From contig CAVUSO010000001.1 in the NCBI GenBank assembly GCA_963744145.1, positions 4,576,001 to 4,640,000 of the forward strand: 64,000 bases of DNA, written 5' to 3'. The notes under the pieces were generated by a model. The model was not told the DNA's origin, did not search any database, and saw nothing but the letters and a program-made list of their open reading frames with translations. Position numbers and translations under genes: made by a program. This document shows positions 39,578 to 50,802 of this stretch, in pieces. Origin of the DNA: an uncultured cyanobacterium. Its GTDB lineage: Bacteria; Cyanobacteriota; Cyanobacteriia; Cyanobacteriales; CAWUOF01. Each line of letters begins with the position of its first letter. Position 1 is the stretch's first letter.

Positions 39578-40822
39578 TTAAGAACCTGCTTTCCAGATTG
39601 TTTTAGCATTTTCGACAGTGAAATCAAAATTTAGCCAGAACGCTAATTTTACATCAATATTAGCTAATTCTTTTGACTGGGAACTATTTTTAAATAGCCC
39701 TAAATCCTGCACAATGGGATGACTAGCAAAATTATAGATAGTTACCTGAAATTGAGTGCCAACATCACCAAAACTCAATAATTTTCCTCCATAAAAATTG
39801 GCTACTTTCATCGGGATTTCTACGATCGATTGATAACAAGCTTTTTTGCCATTTTCTGCATCTCGAAATTGTTTCAGCATGACTACCGGAACTTCCCAAT
39901 TAAGGAGATATTCCAAGATATTCAATGGTAACCCTAACCCAGGTATTTCAATTACTCCATTGCAATCAAATAATAGTTTGGCAATTTCTTGCACTGATTC
40001 CGAATAGTTAGTCCAAATTTTCTCGGGCTGATTTTCTTTAGGTAATGAGGTTTGAGATACTCTAATTAATTCCGTCCATTGAGCAGCAGTATCAGGTGTT
40101 AAATTTTTCCATGTATAAGTCTGTAAAATAAAAGGATCTTGTAAGTTATGCAAATCGGGAATTTTAAAAGTTCCTATTTCTTTAGGGATACCATAAACTT
40201 CTCTTCCAGAAACTAACGCTGGGGAGTTGTTTACACATATATAAGGAACAAACCAAGCAAATCGATCTATTTTAAAAATTGGTCCACATTTTTTCCCTAC
40301 CATAGTCAAAACCCAGATTACGACTTCTTCTTCGTCAATGTAACCTTGATTATGTTCTGGATTACTTCTAGAACATAGGGATTCTATAGTACCAAAGGTG
40401 AGAATTACATAATTGGTCACCGGACGATATTCAATTTCCCCATCACTTAAATTTAGATATTTGTCACATAATTCCTGGAGTTTATGTAAAGAACTTTCCA
40501 GAATAAATCCATTCAGTTTTGTCCCTTTAATATCAAAGGGTTGCAGAAAACACTGTTCACCCCCATGCTCAATATATTTAGGAGTTTTTTCTGTACTAGA
40601 GTTACCACAGAAAAATGCTTTGGCTAAATTATTGGCTTCTTTTTCAATATTTTCACCTCTAGTAGTCAGTTTGTTTAGCAATTCATTTGATTCCAGTGGT
40701 GATTTTTCTATGATCTCTAACAGCTTGTGGGGATTGGATAGTATTTCTACCCAAGTGCTAGTTGCTCCGAGTGCTAACCGAAAACCTGTTTGCAGAAATT
40801 CAGCAGGATTATTCTTGTTCAT
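39578..40822 (-). CDS. Acetoacetate-decarboxylase-superfamily protein with an N-terminal phasin-like domain
   Basis: GREVYGIPKE (Lys at the Schiff-base position), LKQFRDA...ACYQ; N-terminal LQ.GF.L.LGAT...RGE..E.EA. Confidence 0.72.
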   Translation of the reverse strand: MNKNNPAEFLQTGFRLALGATSTWVEILSNPHKLLEIIEKSPLESNELLNKLTTRGENIEKEANNLAKAFFCGNSSTEKTPKYIEHGGEQCFLQPFDIKGTKLNGFILESSLHKLQELCDKYLNLSDGEIEYRPVTNYVILTFGTIESLCSRSNPEHNQGYIDEEEVVIWVLTMVGKKCGPIFKIDRFAWFVPYICVNNSPALVSGREVYGIPKEIGTFKIPDLHNLQDPFILQTYTWKNLTPDTAAQWTELIRVSQTSLPKENQPEKIWTNYSESVQEIAKLLFDCNGVIEIPGLGLPLNILEYLLNWEVPVVMLKQFRDAENGKKACYQSIVEIPMKVANFYGGKLLSFGDVGTQFQVTIYNFASHPIVQDLGLFKNSSQSKELANIDVKLAFWLNFDFTVENAKTIWKAGS

Positions 40823-41046
40823 GAGATGTCCCTAATAATTAAATGGAATTTGGGGCAAATCCAGTATATATACTTAGATTTTGATCCAGCCAAAATCAGC
40901 TAAGTATTTAATTTCGATTCTAATGAAATGATCTGAAAAAAACAAGCTTTTATTAAAAATTAATTTTTGCTCAAATCTGATCTTGGAGCTTGTCCTGCTC
41001 CTGTTGCTTGGTCAAACTTGACAACATGATGCCCGATTAACTATGA

Positions 41047-42225
41047 TTAATATTGTTCCATAAATGTGCGAAATCTCTCAGTTTTCCGAATTGAAGCAAA
41101 GTTGGGATCGTTTTTGACAGTTTCTTGGTATTGCTGATCTAGGTAAATAGCTTGTTGGAGATTTTTAATGGTTAATTCTACCTGATTTTGAGCGGCATAG
41201 CAGAAAGCTTTGTTATAATAAGTATTGGCATAATCTGGTTGAATTTCTAACGCATGGTTCAGACTGGTGGTTGCTTGACTATAAAGACCTAATTTAACCA
41301 GAATATAACCACGATCATCCCAAGCTTGATGATAATCTGATTTAATCTCGATCGCCCGATCATAAGAGTCGATCGCTTGATTATATTGGTGTAAATTTTT
41401 TAACGCATTACCTCGATAATACCAAATTTCATAATGTTCCGGCTCAATTTCTAATCCTTTTTCATAAGCATCGATCGCTTCATGATAACGGTTCAAAGAA
41501 ACTAGGGAGTTTCCGGTTTTGATGTATCTAGTGATTTCTGATTCTGGTTGTTCTTGCTCTGGTTCTAAATCTTCTAAATCCGTCTTAGTGATATTGTTGC
41601 TAGAATTATTTGGGGTCGGAGTAGATAAAATTACATGACTAAATGTAGCTAAATGTTGAGCGGTGAGCTGTTCTAGCTCTTGTAAAGCAATCATCATCTT
41701 TTGGTGACTCATTTTGTCTAAAACATTCTGGGAATCTAAGACCAGATTCCGGAGATAAGATTCGGTTTCGGTTTTAATATTTTTGATCTCGTTGTGGATA
41801 GTTTCTATTTGATTTTTTAATTCCTGAGCAGTTTCTTGTTGAAGTTTTGGTCTGATTTCTTCAAGTAATATTTGTTGAGATTGGGTAGCGACTTGATTAA
41901 ATATACTGCGACGTGACAACCAAATCCCCAACGCGATCGCAAGGGGAAACAGAGTTAAAATCACTAACAAAACATTAAGGATCGTGGTTGTCCGAGCAAA
42001 AGCACGATCAACTTCCGTACTAATGCGATCGCGCATTTCATCAGTTAAACGACGATGTTCTAGTTCTTCCCGTTCCTGATTACTAATGATTGGACTAGAC
42101 TGGGGAGATGGTTCGGTTGTAGGTTGGGCACTAACAGCAGTCCCTAATAGTAGTAAACTTAAGCAGACTATGGTAAAATGTCTTTTTCTGTAAGCAGTCT
42201 GATCTGACATCTGGGTTCTCAGCAA
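41047..42225 (-). CDS. Membrane-anchored TPR protein
   Basis: Signal peptide, TM helix, coiled coil, then TPRs ending YYNKA.CYA. Confidence 0.88.
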   Translation of the reverse strand: MLRTQMSDQTAYRKRHFTIVCLSLLLLGTAVSAQPTTEPSPQSSPIISNQEREELEHRRLTDEMRDRISTEVDRAFARTTTILNVLLVILTLFPLAIALGIWLSRRSIFNQVATQSQQILLEEIRPKLQQETAQELKNQIETIHNEIKNIKTETESYLRNLVLDSQNVLDKMSHQKMMIALQELEQLTAQHLATFSHVILSTPTPNNSSNNITKTDLEDLEPEQEQPESEITRYIKTGNSLVSLNRYHEAIDAYEKGLEIEPEHYEIWYYRGNALKNLHQYNQAIDSYDRAIEIKSDYHQAWDDRGYILVKLGLYSQATTSLNHALEIQPDYANTYYNKAFCYAAQNQVELTIKNLQQAIYLDQQYQETVKNDPNFASIRKTERFRTFMEQY

Positions 42226-42299
42226 TTAGCTCGGTTTTGATCTGGTTGTATTTTACGCGATCGCTACTTTTTTGATTTTAATATAGTCAGGATAATAAC

Positions 42300-44840
42300 A
42301 TGAAACTCAAATGGTTAGCTCTAGGTGGAGTAGGTGTGGTTACACTGCTCATCATGGGGAAATTAGCATTCCAAGAGTATTCCTCTCGAGAACTAGCACC
42401 CGATCAACCGGGCGAAGAAGAAGAACTGAATCAAGAATTGTGGAAATTTGGGAAAAATAGTCCTTATCCCCAGATCAAACACCAGGATCAAGCAAATTTA
42501 GCTGAAGCAACACTACCTAACGGTTGGAAAATAAATCCCGTAGGTCAACAAATAGAAGTGGGTAGGTTACCTTATGAAGCAGTGAACTATGCTGGTAAAA
42601 CAGTGGTACTGAATACTGGTTGGTATGGTAAAGATCCTCAAGAAGTTACCATTATTGATCCTAATAGTGGCAAAATAGTCAAGACCATCCAGTTTCCATC
42701 GATTTTTCCCAGTGCTAGGGAAGGAAAAGACGGTGATCTTTATATTAGTGGTGGATTTGAGCAAAAAATCTATCGTGTTAATCGAGATTTTAAACCAGTT
42801 CGATCGTACCCAGTCAAAGGTTATACCAGTGGAATTGCACCCATAAATAATAATCATTTAGCTGTCGCTTATATGGTGACAGAATCAGACAAAAAAGATT
42901 ATGTAAAAGGAAAATTAGCTATCCTTAATACCGACAATGGAAAAATAGAAAAAACTGTAGATGCGGGATATTTTCCCTACGCAGTTCGCTATCTAAATAA
43001 TAAGTTTTATGTAACTTTATTAGGAGAAAATAAAGTCTTAGTCTATGATACTCAACTAAATCTAATCAAAACTATAAATGTCGATAAAAATCCTCAAGAA
43101 ACTTGTATCGATCAAGATAAGTTATATGTAGTGAATACTGGTTCAGATAATCTATCGATATTAGATTCTAAAAAAGATACAGTAATTGGTACTATCGATG
43201 TGCGTCATCAAGGGTTCCGGTTTGGAAGTTCTCCGACATCCTGTGCGATTGAAGGGGATCGTCTTTATGTTACCCAAGCAGAAATTAATGCTGTGACAAT
43301 ATTTGATAAAAATCAAAACAAATTAATTGGATTTATCCCGACAGGTTGGTATCCTACAAAAGTTTTACTCAACCAAAAGCAACTACTAGTATTGAGTGCT
43401 AAAGGAATTAAAAAACGTCGTCCCAATTTGCAAGGACCCCAAACCATCAAGGGTAAAGGTGGTAATCAATATGTGCTGAGTTTACTACAAGGTTCCCTCG
43501 GAATTATTCCCAAAAATGCGATCGCATCATCCCTAGCTAGTTGGAGTAAACAAGTCCAAGAAGGTTCACCGATTTATAGTCCTAAAGAGGGGATAAAACT
43601 ACCAATTCGTCATATTTTCTACATGATTAAAGAAAATCGCACTTATGATCAGATTTTAGGTGATTTGGGTAGAGGTAATGGAGACAAATCTCTGACCTTA
43701 TTTGGACGAGAAATTACGCCAAATCACCATAAATTAGCTGAAGATTTTGTTACTTTAGACAATTTTTATGCAAATGGGGAAATTAGTGTATTAGGACATA
43801 GTTTCACAACTAGCGGTTACGCAAGTCCTTTTTTAGAGTGGTTGGGAAATATGAGATATTCAGGTCGTTATAATGGGTATCCTTTTGGTACTGTACCCGC
43901 GACATTTTCTCCAGCTTACCTCTGGAATGTTCTCGAAGCTAAAAAAGTAGACTATCGCATTTATGGAGAACCCTACTATATTTTTACTCGCTCTTATCAA
44001 ATTATTGTCGAAACCTATGGAGCTGATAGTGATCTAGCAAAAAAATTCTATGCTCAAAGTATGGTTCTTTCTGCTCAGGTCGATCGAGGTAAAGCATTAA
44101 GTGAACTGTTTAAATCTTACTATGGTAAAGCTGATACTCCCTCAGATGCAATACATCTGTTAGAAAATCCTAATTTTGCTCTTTCCCTCTCTCAAATTTT
44201 CACAGGAGATAATAGTCTCGCTCAAGCGTTACAAGCAAATCCCGGATTTCGGAGTCAGTTTGCAGCTTTTCTCTATCATTATCCCCTTAATTATCATTAC
44301 TATGACTTACAATATTCAGATTTACAACGGGTTGATGACTGGAAAACCGATTTTCAAAAACAACTAAAGTCAGGACAGGTCGCACAATTAAATTATATTT
44401 GGTTACCAAATGATCACACAGCAGGGATGAATCCTGTCTTTCCTAATCCCTATCAATTAGTCGCACAAAATGATACAGCTCTAGGGAAAATTGTCCAAAT
44501 TATTTCTCAAAGTCCAATCTGGAAAGATAGTTTAATTTTAGTAGTCGAAGATGATGCTCAAGATGGTCCTGATCATGTCGATGCTACTCGAACTGTAGCT
44601 TTAGCTGCTGGTCCTTTTGTCAAACGTAATGTAGTCGTTAGCGATCGCTACGATCAACTCAGTTTATTACGCACGATCGAAGTTATTTTAGGTCTTGACC
44701 CAATCAATCTCAATGATGGTTTAGCTGTTCCCATGTTTGGAATCTTTAATGAAAAATCTGACCCTACCCCTTATTTACCTCCCACCCCCTCCAATTTTCT
44801 CCTAGAGTCTGATAAAGAACGAGCTGAAAAATTAAATTAA
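42300..44840 (+). CDS. YncE/YVTN beta-propeller fused to a phosphoesterase/alkaline-phosphatase-like domain
   Basis: LPNGW.I.P.G, IPTGWYP, IKENRTYDQ.LGD, LPNDHT.G, EDDAQDGPDHVDA.R. Confidence 0.88.
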   Translation: MKLKWLALGGVGVVTLLIMGKLAFQEYSSRELAPDQPGEEEELNQELWKFGKNSPYPQIKHQDQANLAEATLPNGWKINPVGQQIEVGRLPYEAVNYAGKTVVLNTGWYGKDPQEVTIIDPNSGKIVKTIQFPSIFPSAREGKDGDLYISGGFEQKIYRVNRDFKPVRSYPVKGYTSGIAPINNNHLAVAYMVTESDKKDYVKGKLAILNTDNGKIEKTVDAGYFPYAVRYLNNKFYVTLLGENKVLVYDTQLNLIKTINVDKNPQETCIDQDKLYVVNTGSDNLSILDSKKDTVIGTIDVRHQGFRFGSSPTSCAIEGDRLYVTQAEINAVTIFDKNQNKLIGFIPTGWYPTKVLLNQKQLLVLSAKGIKKRRPNLQGPQTIKGKGGNQYVLSLLQGSLGIIPKNAIASSLASWSKQVQEGSPIYSPKEGIKLPIRHIFYMIKENRTYDQILGDLGRGNGDKSLTLFGREITPNHHKLAEDFVTLDNFYANGEISVLGHSFTTSGYASPFLEWLGNMRYSGRYNGYPFGTVPATFSPAYLWNVLEAKKVDYRIYGEPYYIFTRSYQIIVETYGADSDLAKKFYAQSMVLSAQVDRGKALSELFKSYYGKADTPSDAIHLLENPNFALSLSQIFTGDNSLAQALQANPGFRSQFAAFLYHYPLNYHYYDLQYSDLQRVDDWKTDFQKQLKSGQVAQLNYIWLPNDHTAGMNPVFPNPYQLVAQNDTALGKIVQIISQSPIWKDSLILVVEDDAQDGPDHVDATRTVALAAGPFVKRNVVVSDRYDQLSLLRTIEVILGLDPINLNDGLAVPMFGIFNEKSDPTPYLPPTPSNFLLESDKERAEKLN

Positions 44841-44986
44841 CCCCAAACCCATCTCCAGAAGGTTATGTTTACTTGCTGATCAACTTGATAAAACTTCATA
44901 TTTTGTTGCCAGGTGATTAATTTAAGCAGTATATTATAGTTTAATGGTCAAGATGGAACTGATTTTTTCAGATATTTTAACTAAAT

Positions 44987-47900
44987 ATGCTTAACATTCC
45001 CGGATTTTTGATCAAAACCCAAATCTATGAAAGCGATAGCTCCCTAGTTTATCGAGCGATCCGTACAGAAGATCAACAACAGATGATCCTAAAAATCCTC
45101 AAAGAAAATTATCCTACCCCGGAAGAACTTGCACGTTATCGAACTGAATATGAAATTACTAAATCACTCAAGTTAACAGGTGTCGTACAAGTCTATGACT
45201 TACAAAAATATCACAACACTCTGATCATGTTAATGGAAGATTTTGGGGGTGAATCATTGCGAATTTTCCTCGAAAATAATTCCCTGACAGTAGCAAAATT
45301 TTTGCCAATAGCGATTTCTATAACTAATACTTTAGCCCAAATTCATCAGGATAATATTATTCACAAAGACCTGAATCCAGGAAATATAGTTTTTAATTCA
45401 ACCACAGAAGAAGTAAAAATTATTGATTTTGGACTTGCTACTAAATTAACACCAAAAAATCCCATTATTAAAAATCTCAATCTGTTAGAAGGGACCTTAG
45501 CTTATATATCACCTGAACAAACTGGACGGATGAATCGGAGTTTGGATTATCGCACCGATTTTTACTCTTTGGGAGTCACTTTCTACCAACTACTAACTAA
45601 TCAATTACCTTTTGAAACAACCGATACCCTTGAGTTAGTACATTGTCATATTGCTAGACAACCATTACCACCGGCTCAACTCAATCCAGAAATTCCGACT
45701 GTTCTGTCAGATATCATTATGAAAATGATGTCTAAAACTGCGGAAGAAAGATATCAAAGTGCTTGGGGAATTAAAGCTGATTTAGAACAATGCTGGAACC
45801 AATTACAAAATATTGGCAATATTACCAATTTTCCGATCGCGACTCAAGATATTTCTGAGAAATTTAAACTCCCCCAAAAACTCTATGGTCGAGACCAAGA
45901 AATTGAAAAGTTAAGAACTGCTTTTGCTCGAGTCTGTGACCAGAGTGAAATGATGCTAATTGCTGGATATTCAGGAATTGGTAAAACTGTTTTAGTCCAA
46001 GAAATTTATCAACAAATTAGCCAAAAATATGGTTATTTTATTACTGGTAAATTTGACCAATATCAACGAAATATTCCCTATAGTGCTTTGGTCAACGCAT
46101 TTCAGGAATTAATCAAACAATTACTAACCGAAAGTGAAATCCAACATCATCAATGGAAAGAAAAAATTCTCACAGCTTTGGGTAGAAATGGAAAAGTAAT
46201 TATCGATGTGATTCCCGAAGTAGAATTAATCATCGGTCATCAACCGACTATTCCTGAACTTGCTTCTAATGAATCCCAAAATCGCTTTAATTTAGTCTTT
46301 GAAAATTTCATCAAAGTCTTTACTCAACCTGAACATCCTCTTGTCATATTTATTGATGATCTCCAATGGGCTGATGGAGCATCTTTAAAATTGATCAAAT
46401 TGCTGATGAGTTATTCAGCACCAGGACTATTTTTAATTGGTGCATATCGAGAGCATGAAGTATCCCCAGTACATCCCTTAATGTTAACAATTGAAGAAAT
46501 CGCTAAAAATGATGCGATTATTAATCGAATTTATTTATCACCATTGGAATTACCTCATGTTATCCAGATCATTAGTGATACCCTGAACTGTGAGCAAGAA
46601 ATAGTTAAAAATTTAGCCGAATTAGTCCTATTGAAAACCGGAGGGAATCCTTTCTTTATCAACGAGTTTTTGCAATCTTTATATACAGAAAATTTTTTAC
46701 AATTTGACCTCATTAAGAGAAAATGGCAGTGGGATTTAGACCTGATTCAAGCCAAACAATTCACTGATAATGTAGTAGAATTGATGGTAGGTAAAATTCA
46801 GAAATTGCCAGATGATACCCAAAATTTATTAAAAATAGCTGCTTGTATTGGGAATCAATTTGCTTTAGAAATTTTAGGGTTAATGGTGAAAAAATCGGTG
46901 GGAGAAATCGCGATCGCTCTTCAAGTAGCAATGGCTGAAAATTTAGTGATTACTGTTGGTCGGATGAGGGATGTAGAATTATTGATTGCTAGTACAGAAT
47001 TTTCTGATTGGTCAGGATCAACAATTCCATCTCCATCCCTAATTTATAAATTTGTCCATGACAGAATTCAACAAGCAGCTTATTCTTTAATTCCTGATCT
47101 CCAAAAAATTCCTACCCATTATCAAATCGGACAAATCCTGCTCCAACAGGTTTACTCAGAGAGTAGAGAAGAGCATATTTTTGAACTCATCAATCAATTA
47201 AATTATGGCGCAAATTTAATTACCTCACCCACAGAACGAGATGAATTAGCTCAACTTAATCTAATTGCTTGTCGCAAAGCTAAACACACCAATGCTTATC
47301 AAGCTGGTCGTGAATATGCTAATATAGGATTGTCTTTACTAGGTGAAAATGCTTGGACTAGACAATATGAAATGACCCTAGCATTTTCTGACTTAGCTGC
47401 TGAATTAGCTGAATTGTGTAATGATTTTACCGCAATGGAAGAATTCATTGAGACGGTAATTATCCAAGCACATTCTTTACTTGAACAAGTCAATGTTTAT
47501 CGAATTAAAATTCAATCAAAATCCTCTCAAAATAAAATATCTGAAGCCATAGCGATCGCTCAAGAATTATTACAAAAATTAGGGGCAAATTTGCCGGAAA
47601 TACCAACCAAATCGGATATTCAACAAGCGATCGCCGAAATTGGAGAATTGCTCAAAGAGCGAGAGATTGAAGACTTAGTTAATTTACCAATCATGACCGA
47701 TCCAGAAAAAATCGCCATTGTCGAGATTGGTAATCGCATCATTCCTGCTGCTAAAAACGCTGGTTCACCCTTATTTCCATTACTAATTACCTTATCAGTT
47801 AAACTATCCATTCAATATGGAAATACCGCAGCTTCAGCTTTTGCTTATGGTTGTTATGGAATTATTGCTTGTAATCTTTTACAAGATATCAATACCGGAG

Positions 47901-50716
47901 TAAAGTTTGGTGAATTAGCAATCCAATTAGTTTCCCAATTGGATGCTAAAACAATCAAAGGGGAAATTTTAGATGTGGTATCGTTATTTATTATCCACCG
48001 CAAATCTCACATAAAAAAAACCCTACCACTCTTGCAAGAAGGTTATCAAGCTGCTCTAGAAGTCGGAAATATTCTCTTTGTTGGACTTAATGCTAATACC
48101 TACTGTCTCAATGCTTTTTGGTGTGGTCAACCCCTCGTTACCTTAGAACAGGAAATCCGAGCATACTGCTATACTTTAGGACAGTTAAATCAATTAGCAC
48201 CAGCTAATTGGTGTCGGATCTATTGGCAATCTATTTTAAATTTGCTGGGGGAGAGAGAGAATCCAATTGTATTGTCTGGATCAGCTCTGGAAGAGGCAAA
48301 ATTTCTACCTTTATTGCAGGAAGCTCATGACTTACTTGGGTTGTATCTTTTCGCTTTATATCAGTTGATCCTTTGCTATCTATTTGGAGAAATTGAATTA
48401 GCTAAAAATCATGCAGCTGAAACCAGAAAATATTTAATGTTTTGCAATGGAAATGTAGCGGAACCTGGGTTTTATCTTTATGATTCTTTGACAGCTCTTT
48501 CCGGTTTAAGTTCATCATCCGAGGAGCGGGTAGAAGAATTAGCCCGAGTTGAAGAAAACCAAAAACAACTCCAACAATTATGGGCTAAATATGCACCGAT
48601 GAATCATCAGCATAAAGTTGATTTAGTAGCAGCAGAAAAATGTCGAGTTTTAGGAGAAAGATTAGCCGCGATCGACCTTTATGATCAAGCGATTAAAGGA
48701 GCTAAAGAAAATGAATATATTCAGGAAGTAGCTCTTGCTTGTGAATTAGCTGCTCAGTTTTATTTAGCCCAATCTAAAGATATTATTGCTAAAGCTTATA
48801 TCCAGGAAGCTTGTTACTATTATCAACTCTGGGGAGCCAGAGCTAAAGTCAAGGATTTAGAAAATAAATATGCTCAAATGCTGATTACAAATCAACCCAA
48901 AAACTACCATAATCAACATAATATAGTCACCATTTCAGACTCACAATTTAATTTAGATATAGCTACAGTAGTGAAAGCATCTTTAGCAATTTCCCGCGAA
49001 ATAATGCTGGATAAATTGCTGTCTAGTTTAATGACAATTGTTATTCAAAATGCTGGAGCCCAACGGGGATATTTGATTTCATTAACTCCCGGTAAATTAT
49101 TGATAGAAGCTGCTGGAAATATCGAAAATGGTGAGATTATTATATTATCATCGATCGCCTCAGAAAATTCTGATCTTTTTGCAGAAGCGATCGTTAACTA
49201 TGTAGCTAGAACTAAAGAAATTATCGTCTTAAATGATGCTACTAAACCTAGCAAATTTAGCCAGGATATTTATATTAAAAAGTATCGTCCTAAATCAATT
49301 CTCTGTCTACCCTTAATTAATCAAAACAAAATTATCAGTATTTTATACTTAGAAAATAATTTGACCACGGGGGTTTTCACTCCTCATCGGTTAGAAGTTT
49401 TAAAACTCCTATCAGGACAAGCTGCAATCTCCCTTGAGAATGCTAAACTTTATACTGAAGTTCGCGAAAATGAGAACAGACTCAATCAATTTCTAGAAGG
49501 AATACCTGTGGGGATATTTATTCATGATCACAAGGGGAAACCTTTATATACTAATAGCGTTGCTCAACAGCTATTAGGTCAAGGAATTACTACTGATCTT
49601 ACTAAGGATAATTTATCTCTAACTTATCAAGTTTATCGAGCTGATACAGACCAGCTATATCCCCACGATCAACTACCTGGAATAAGTGCATTAAAAGGTG
49701 AGTCTATTAGAGTAGATGATATCGAATTTCGTCACGGCGATCGGGTGATTCCGATTGAAGCTTGGGGAAAACCAATTTATGATGAAAAGGGTAATATTAT
49801 TTATGGAATGGGGGCATTTCAAGATATTACTGAACGCAAAAAAGCAGAAGCAGAACGACAAAGATTTACCAATGAACTGTTTAAACTCAACCAAGCTTAT
49901 GAGCGTTTTGTTCCCCGTCAATTTCTCCAATTTTTGAAAAAAACTAGCATTATTGACGTGCAATTAGGAGACCAAGTACAAGTAGAAATGTCTATTCTAT
50001 TTTCTGATATTCGTGACTTTACTACCCTATCAGAAAAGATGACACCAGATAACAATTTTAAATTTATCAATTCTTACCTGTCGCGGATGGAACCTGCAAT
50101 TATTGAAAATCAGGGTTTTATTGATAAATATATGGGTGATGCTATTATGGCATTGTTTAGTGGAGAAGCTGATAATGCGGTAAAAGCTGGAATTGCGATG
50201 TTAGATTGTCTGGTTGAATACAATCAACATCGGGCTAATTGTGGCTATGTACCGATTCAGATTGGAATTGGAATTAATACAGGAGCATTGATGTTAGGTA
50301 CAGTGGGAGGAGAAAATCATATGGATGGTACAGTGATTAGTGATGCTGTAAATTTAGCTTCTCGAGTTGAAGGGTTAACCAAACATTATGGAGCATCACT
50401 ATTAATTACAGAACAGACTTATATGCGGTTGAGTTATCCTGATAATTATGCCATGAGAATAATCGGTACAGTCAAGGTAAAAGGAAAATCTGAATCAGTA
50501 ACTATGTATGAAGTTTTTGATGCTGACCCAAGGGAAATTAAACTGGGAAAATTGGCAACTCTGCCAACTTTTACAGAGGCTTTATCATTGTATAATCAGG
50601 GAAAATTAACTCTAGCTATGCCCTTATTTGTAGCTTGTTTAGAACAGAATCCAGACGATCGGGTTGCCCAAATTTATTTTCAGCGTTGTCAACAACAGGA
50701 TATCTCACAATTATGA
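44987..50716 (+). CDS. Ser/Thr kinase-AAA ATPase-GAF-PAS-class III adenylyl cyclase, paralogue 1
   Basis: HKDLNPGN, DFG, GYSGIGKT, DDLQWAD; cyclase FSDIRDFT, DKYMGDAIM, DGTVISDAVNLASR. Confidence 0.93.
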   Translation: MLNIPGFLIKTQIYESDSSLVYRAIRTEDQQQMILKILKENYPTPEELARYRTEYEITKSLKLTGVVQVYDLQKYHNTLIMLMEDFGGESLRIFLENNSLTVAKFLPIAISITNTLAQIHQDNIIHKDLNPGNIVFNSTTEEVKIIDFGLATKLTPKNPIIKNLNLLEGTLAYISPEQTGRMNRSLDYRTDFYSLGVTFYQLLTNQLPFETTDTLELVHCHIARQPLPPAQLNPEIPTVLSDIIMKMMSKTAEERYQSAWGIKADLEQCWNQLQNIGNITNFPIATQDISEKFKLPQKLYGRDQEIEKLRTAFARVCDQSEMMLIAGYSGIGKTVLVQEIYQQISQKYGYFITGKFDQYQRNIPYSALVNAFQELIKQLLTESEIQHHQWKEKILTALGRNGKVIIDVIPEVELIIGHQPTIPELASNESQNRFNLVFENFIKVFTQPEHPLVIFIDDLQWADGASLKLIKLLMSYSAPGLFLIGAYREHEVSPVHPLMLTIEEIAKNDAIINRIYLSPLELPHVIQIISDTLNCEQEIVKNLAELVLLKTGGNPFFINEFLQSLYTENFLQFDLIKRKWQWDLDLIQAKQFTDNVVELMVGKIQKLPDDTQNLLKIAACIGNQFALEILGLMVKKSVGEIAIALQVAMAENLVITVGRMRDVELLIASTEFSDWSGSTIPSPSLIYKFVHDRIQQAAYSLIPDLQKIPTHYQIGQILLQQVYSESREEHIFELINQLNYGANLITSPTERDELAQLNLIACRKAKHTNAYQAGREYANIGLSLLGENAWTRQYEMTLAFSDLAAELAELCNDFTAMEEFIETVIIQAHSLLEQVNVYRIKIQSKSSQNKISEAIAIAQELLQKLGANLPEIPTKSDIQQAIAEIGELLKEREIEDLVNLPIMTDPEKIAIVEIGNRIIPAAKNAGSPLFPLLITLSVKLSIQYGNTAASAFAYGCYGIIACNLLQDINTGVKFGELAIQLVSQLDAKTIKGEILDVVSLFIIHRKSHIKKTLPLLQEGYQAALEVGNILFVGLNANTYCLNAFWCGQPLVTLEQEIRAYCYTLGQLNQLAPANWCRIYWQSILNLLGERENPIVLSGSALEEAKFLPLLQEAHDLLGLYLFALYQLILCYLFGEIELAKNHAAETRKYLMFCNGNVAEPGFYLYDSLTALSGLSSSSEERVEELARVEENQKQLQQLWAKYAPMNHQHKVDLVAAEKCRVLGERLAAIDLYDQAIKGAKENEYIQEVALACELAAQFYLAQSKDIIAKAYIQEACYYYQLWGARAKVKDLENKYAQMLITNQPKNYHNQHNIVTISDSQFNLDIATVVKASLAISREIMLDKLLSSLMTIVIQNAGAQRGYLISLTPGKLLIEAAGNIENGEIIILSSIASENSDLFAEAIVNYVARTKEIIVLNDATKPSKFSQDIYIKKYRPKSILCLPLINQNKIISILYLENNLTTGVFTPHRLEVLKLLSGQAAISLENAKLYTEVRENENRLNQFLEGIPVGIFIHDHKGKPLYTNSVAQQLLGQGITTDLTKDNLSLTYQVYRADTDQLYPHDQLPGISALKGESIRVDDIEFRHGDRVIPIEAWGKPIYDEKGNIIYGMGAFQDITERKKAEAERQRFTNELFKLNQAYERFVPRQFLQFLKKTSIIDVQLGDQVQVEMSILFSDIRDFTTLSEKMTPDNNFKFINSYLSRMEPAIIENQGFIDKYMGDAIMALFSGEADNAVKAGIAMLDCLVEYNQHRANCGYVPIQIGIGINTGALMLGTVGGENHMDGTVISDAVNLASRVEGLTKHYGASLLITEQTYMRLSYPDNYAMRIIGTVKVKGKSESVTMYEVFDADPREIKLGKLATLPTFTEALSLYNQGKLTLAMPLFVACLEQNPDDRVAQIYFQRCQQQDISQL

Positions 50717-50802
50717 GAAATTAGAAGTTAAAAATTTGGCGATCGCTGGATGATCATGTACCATCTGAATTTTCAACTAAATTTTTAATCACCAGCTTAA
50801 CT

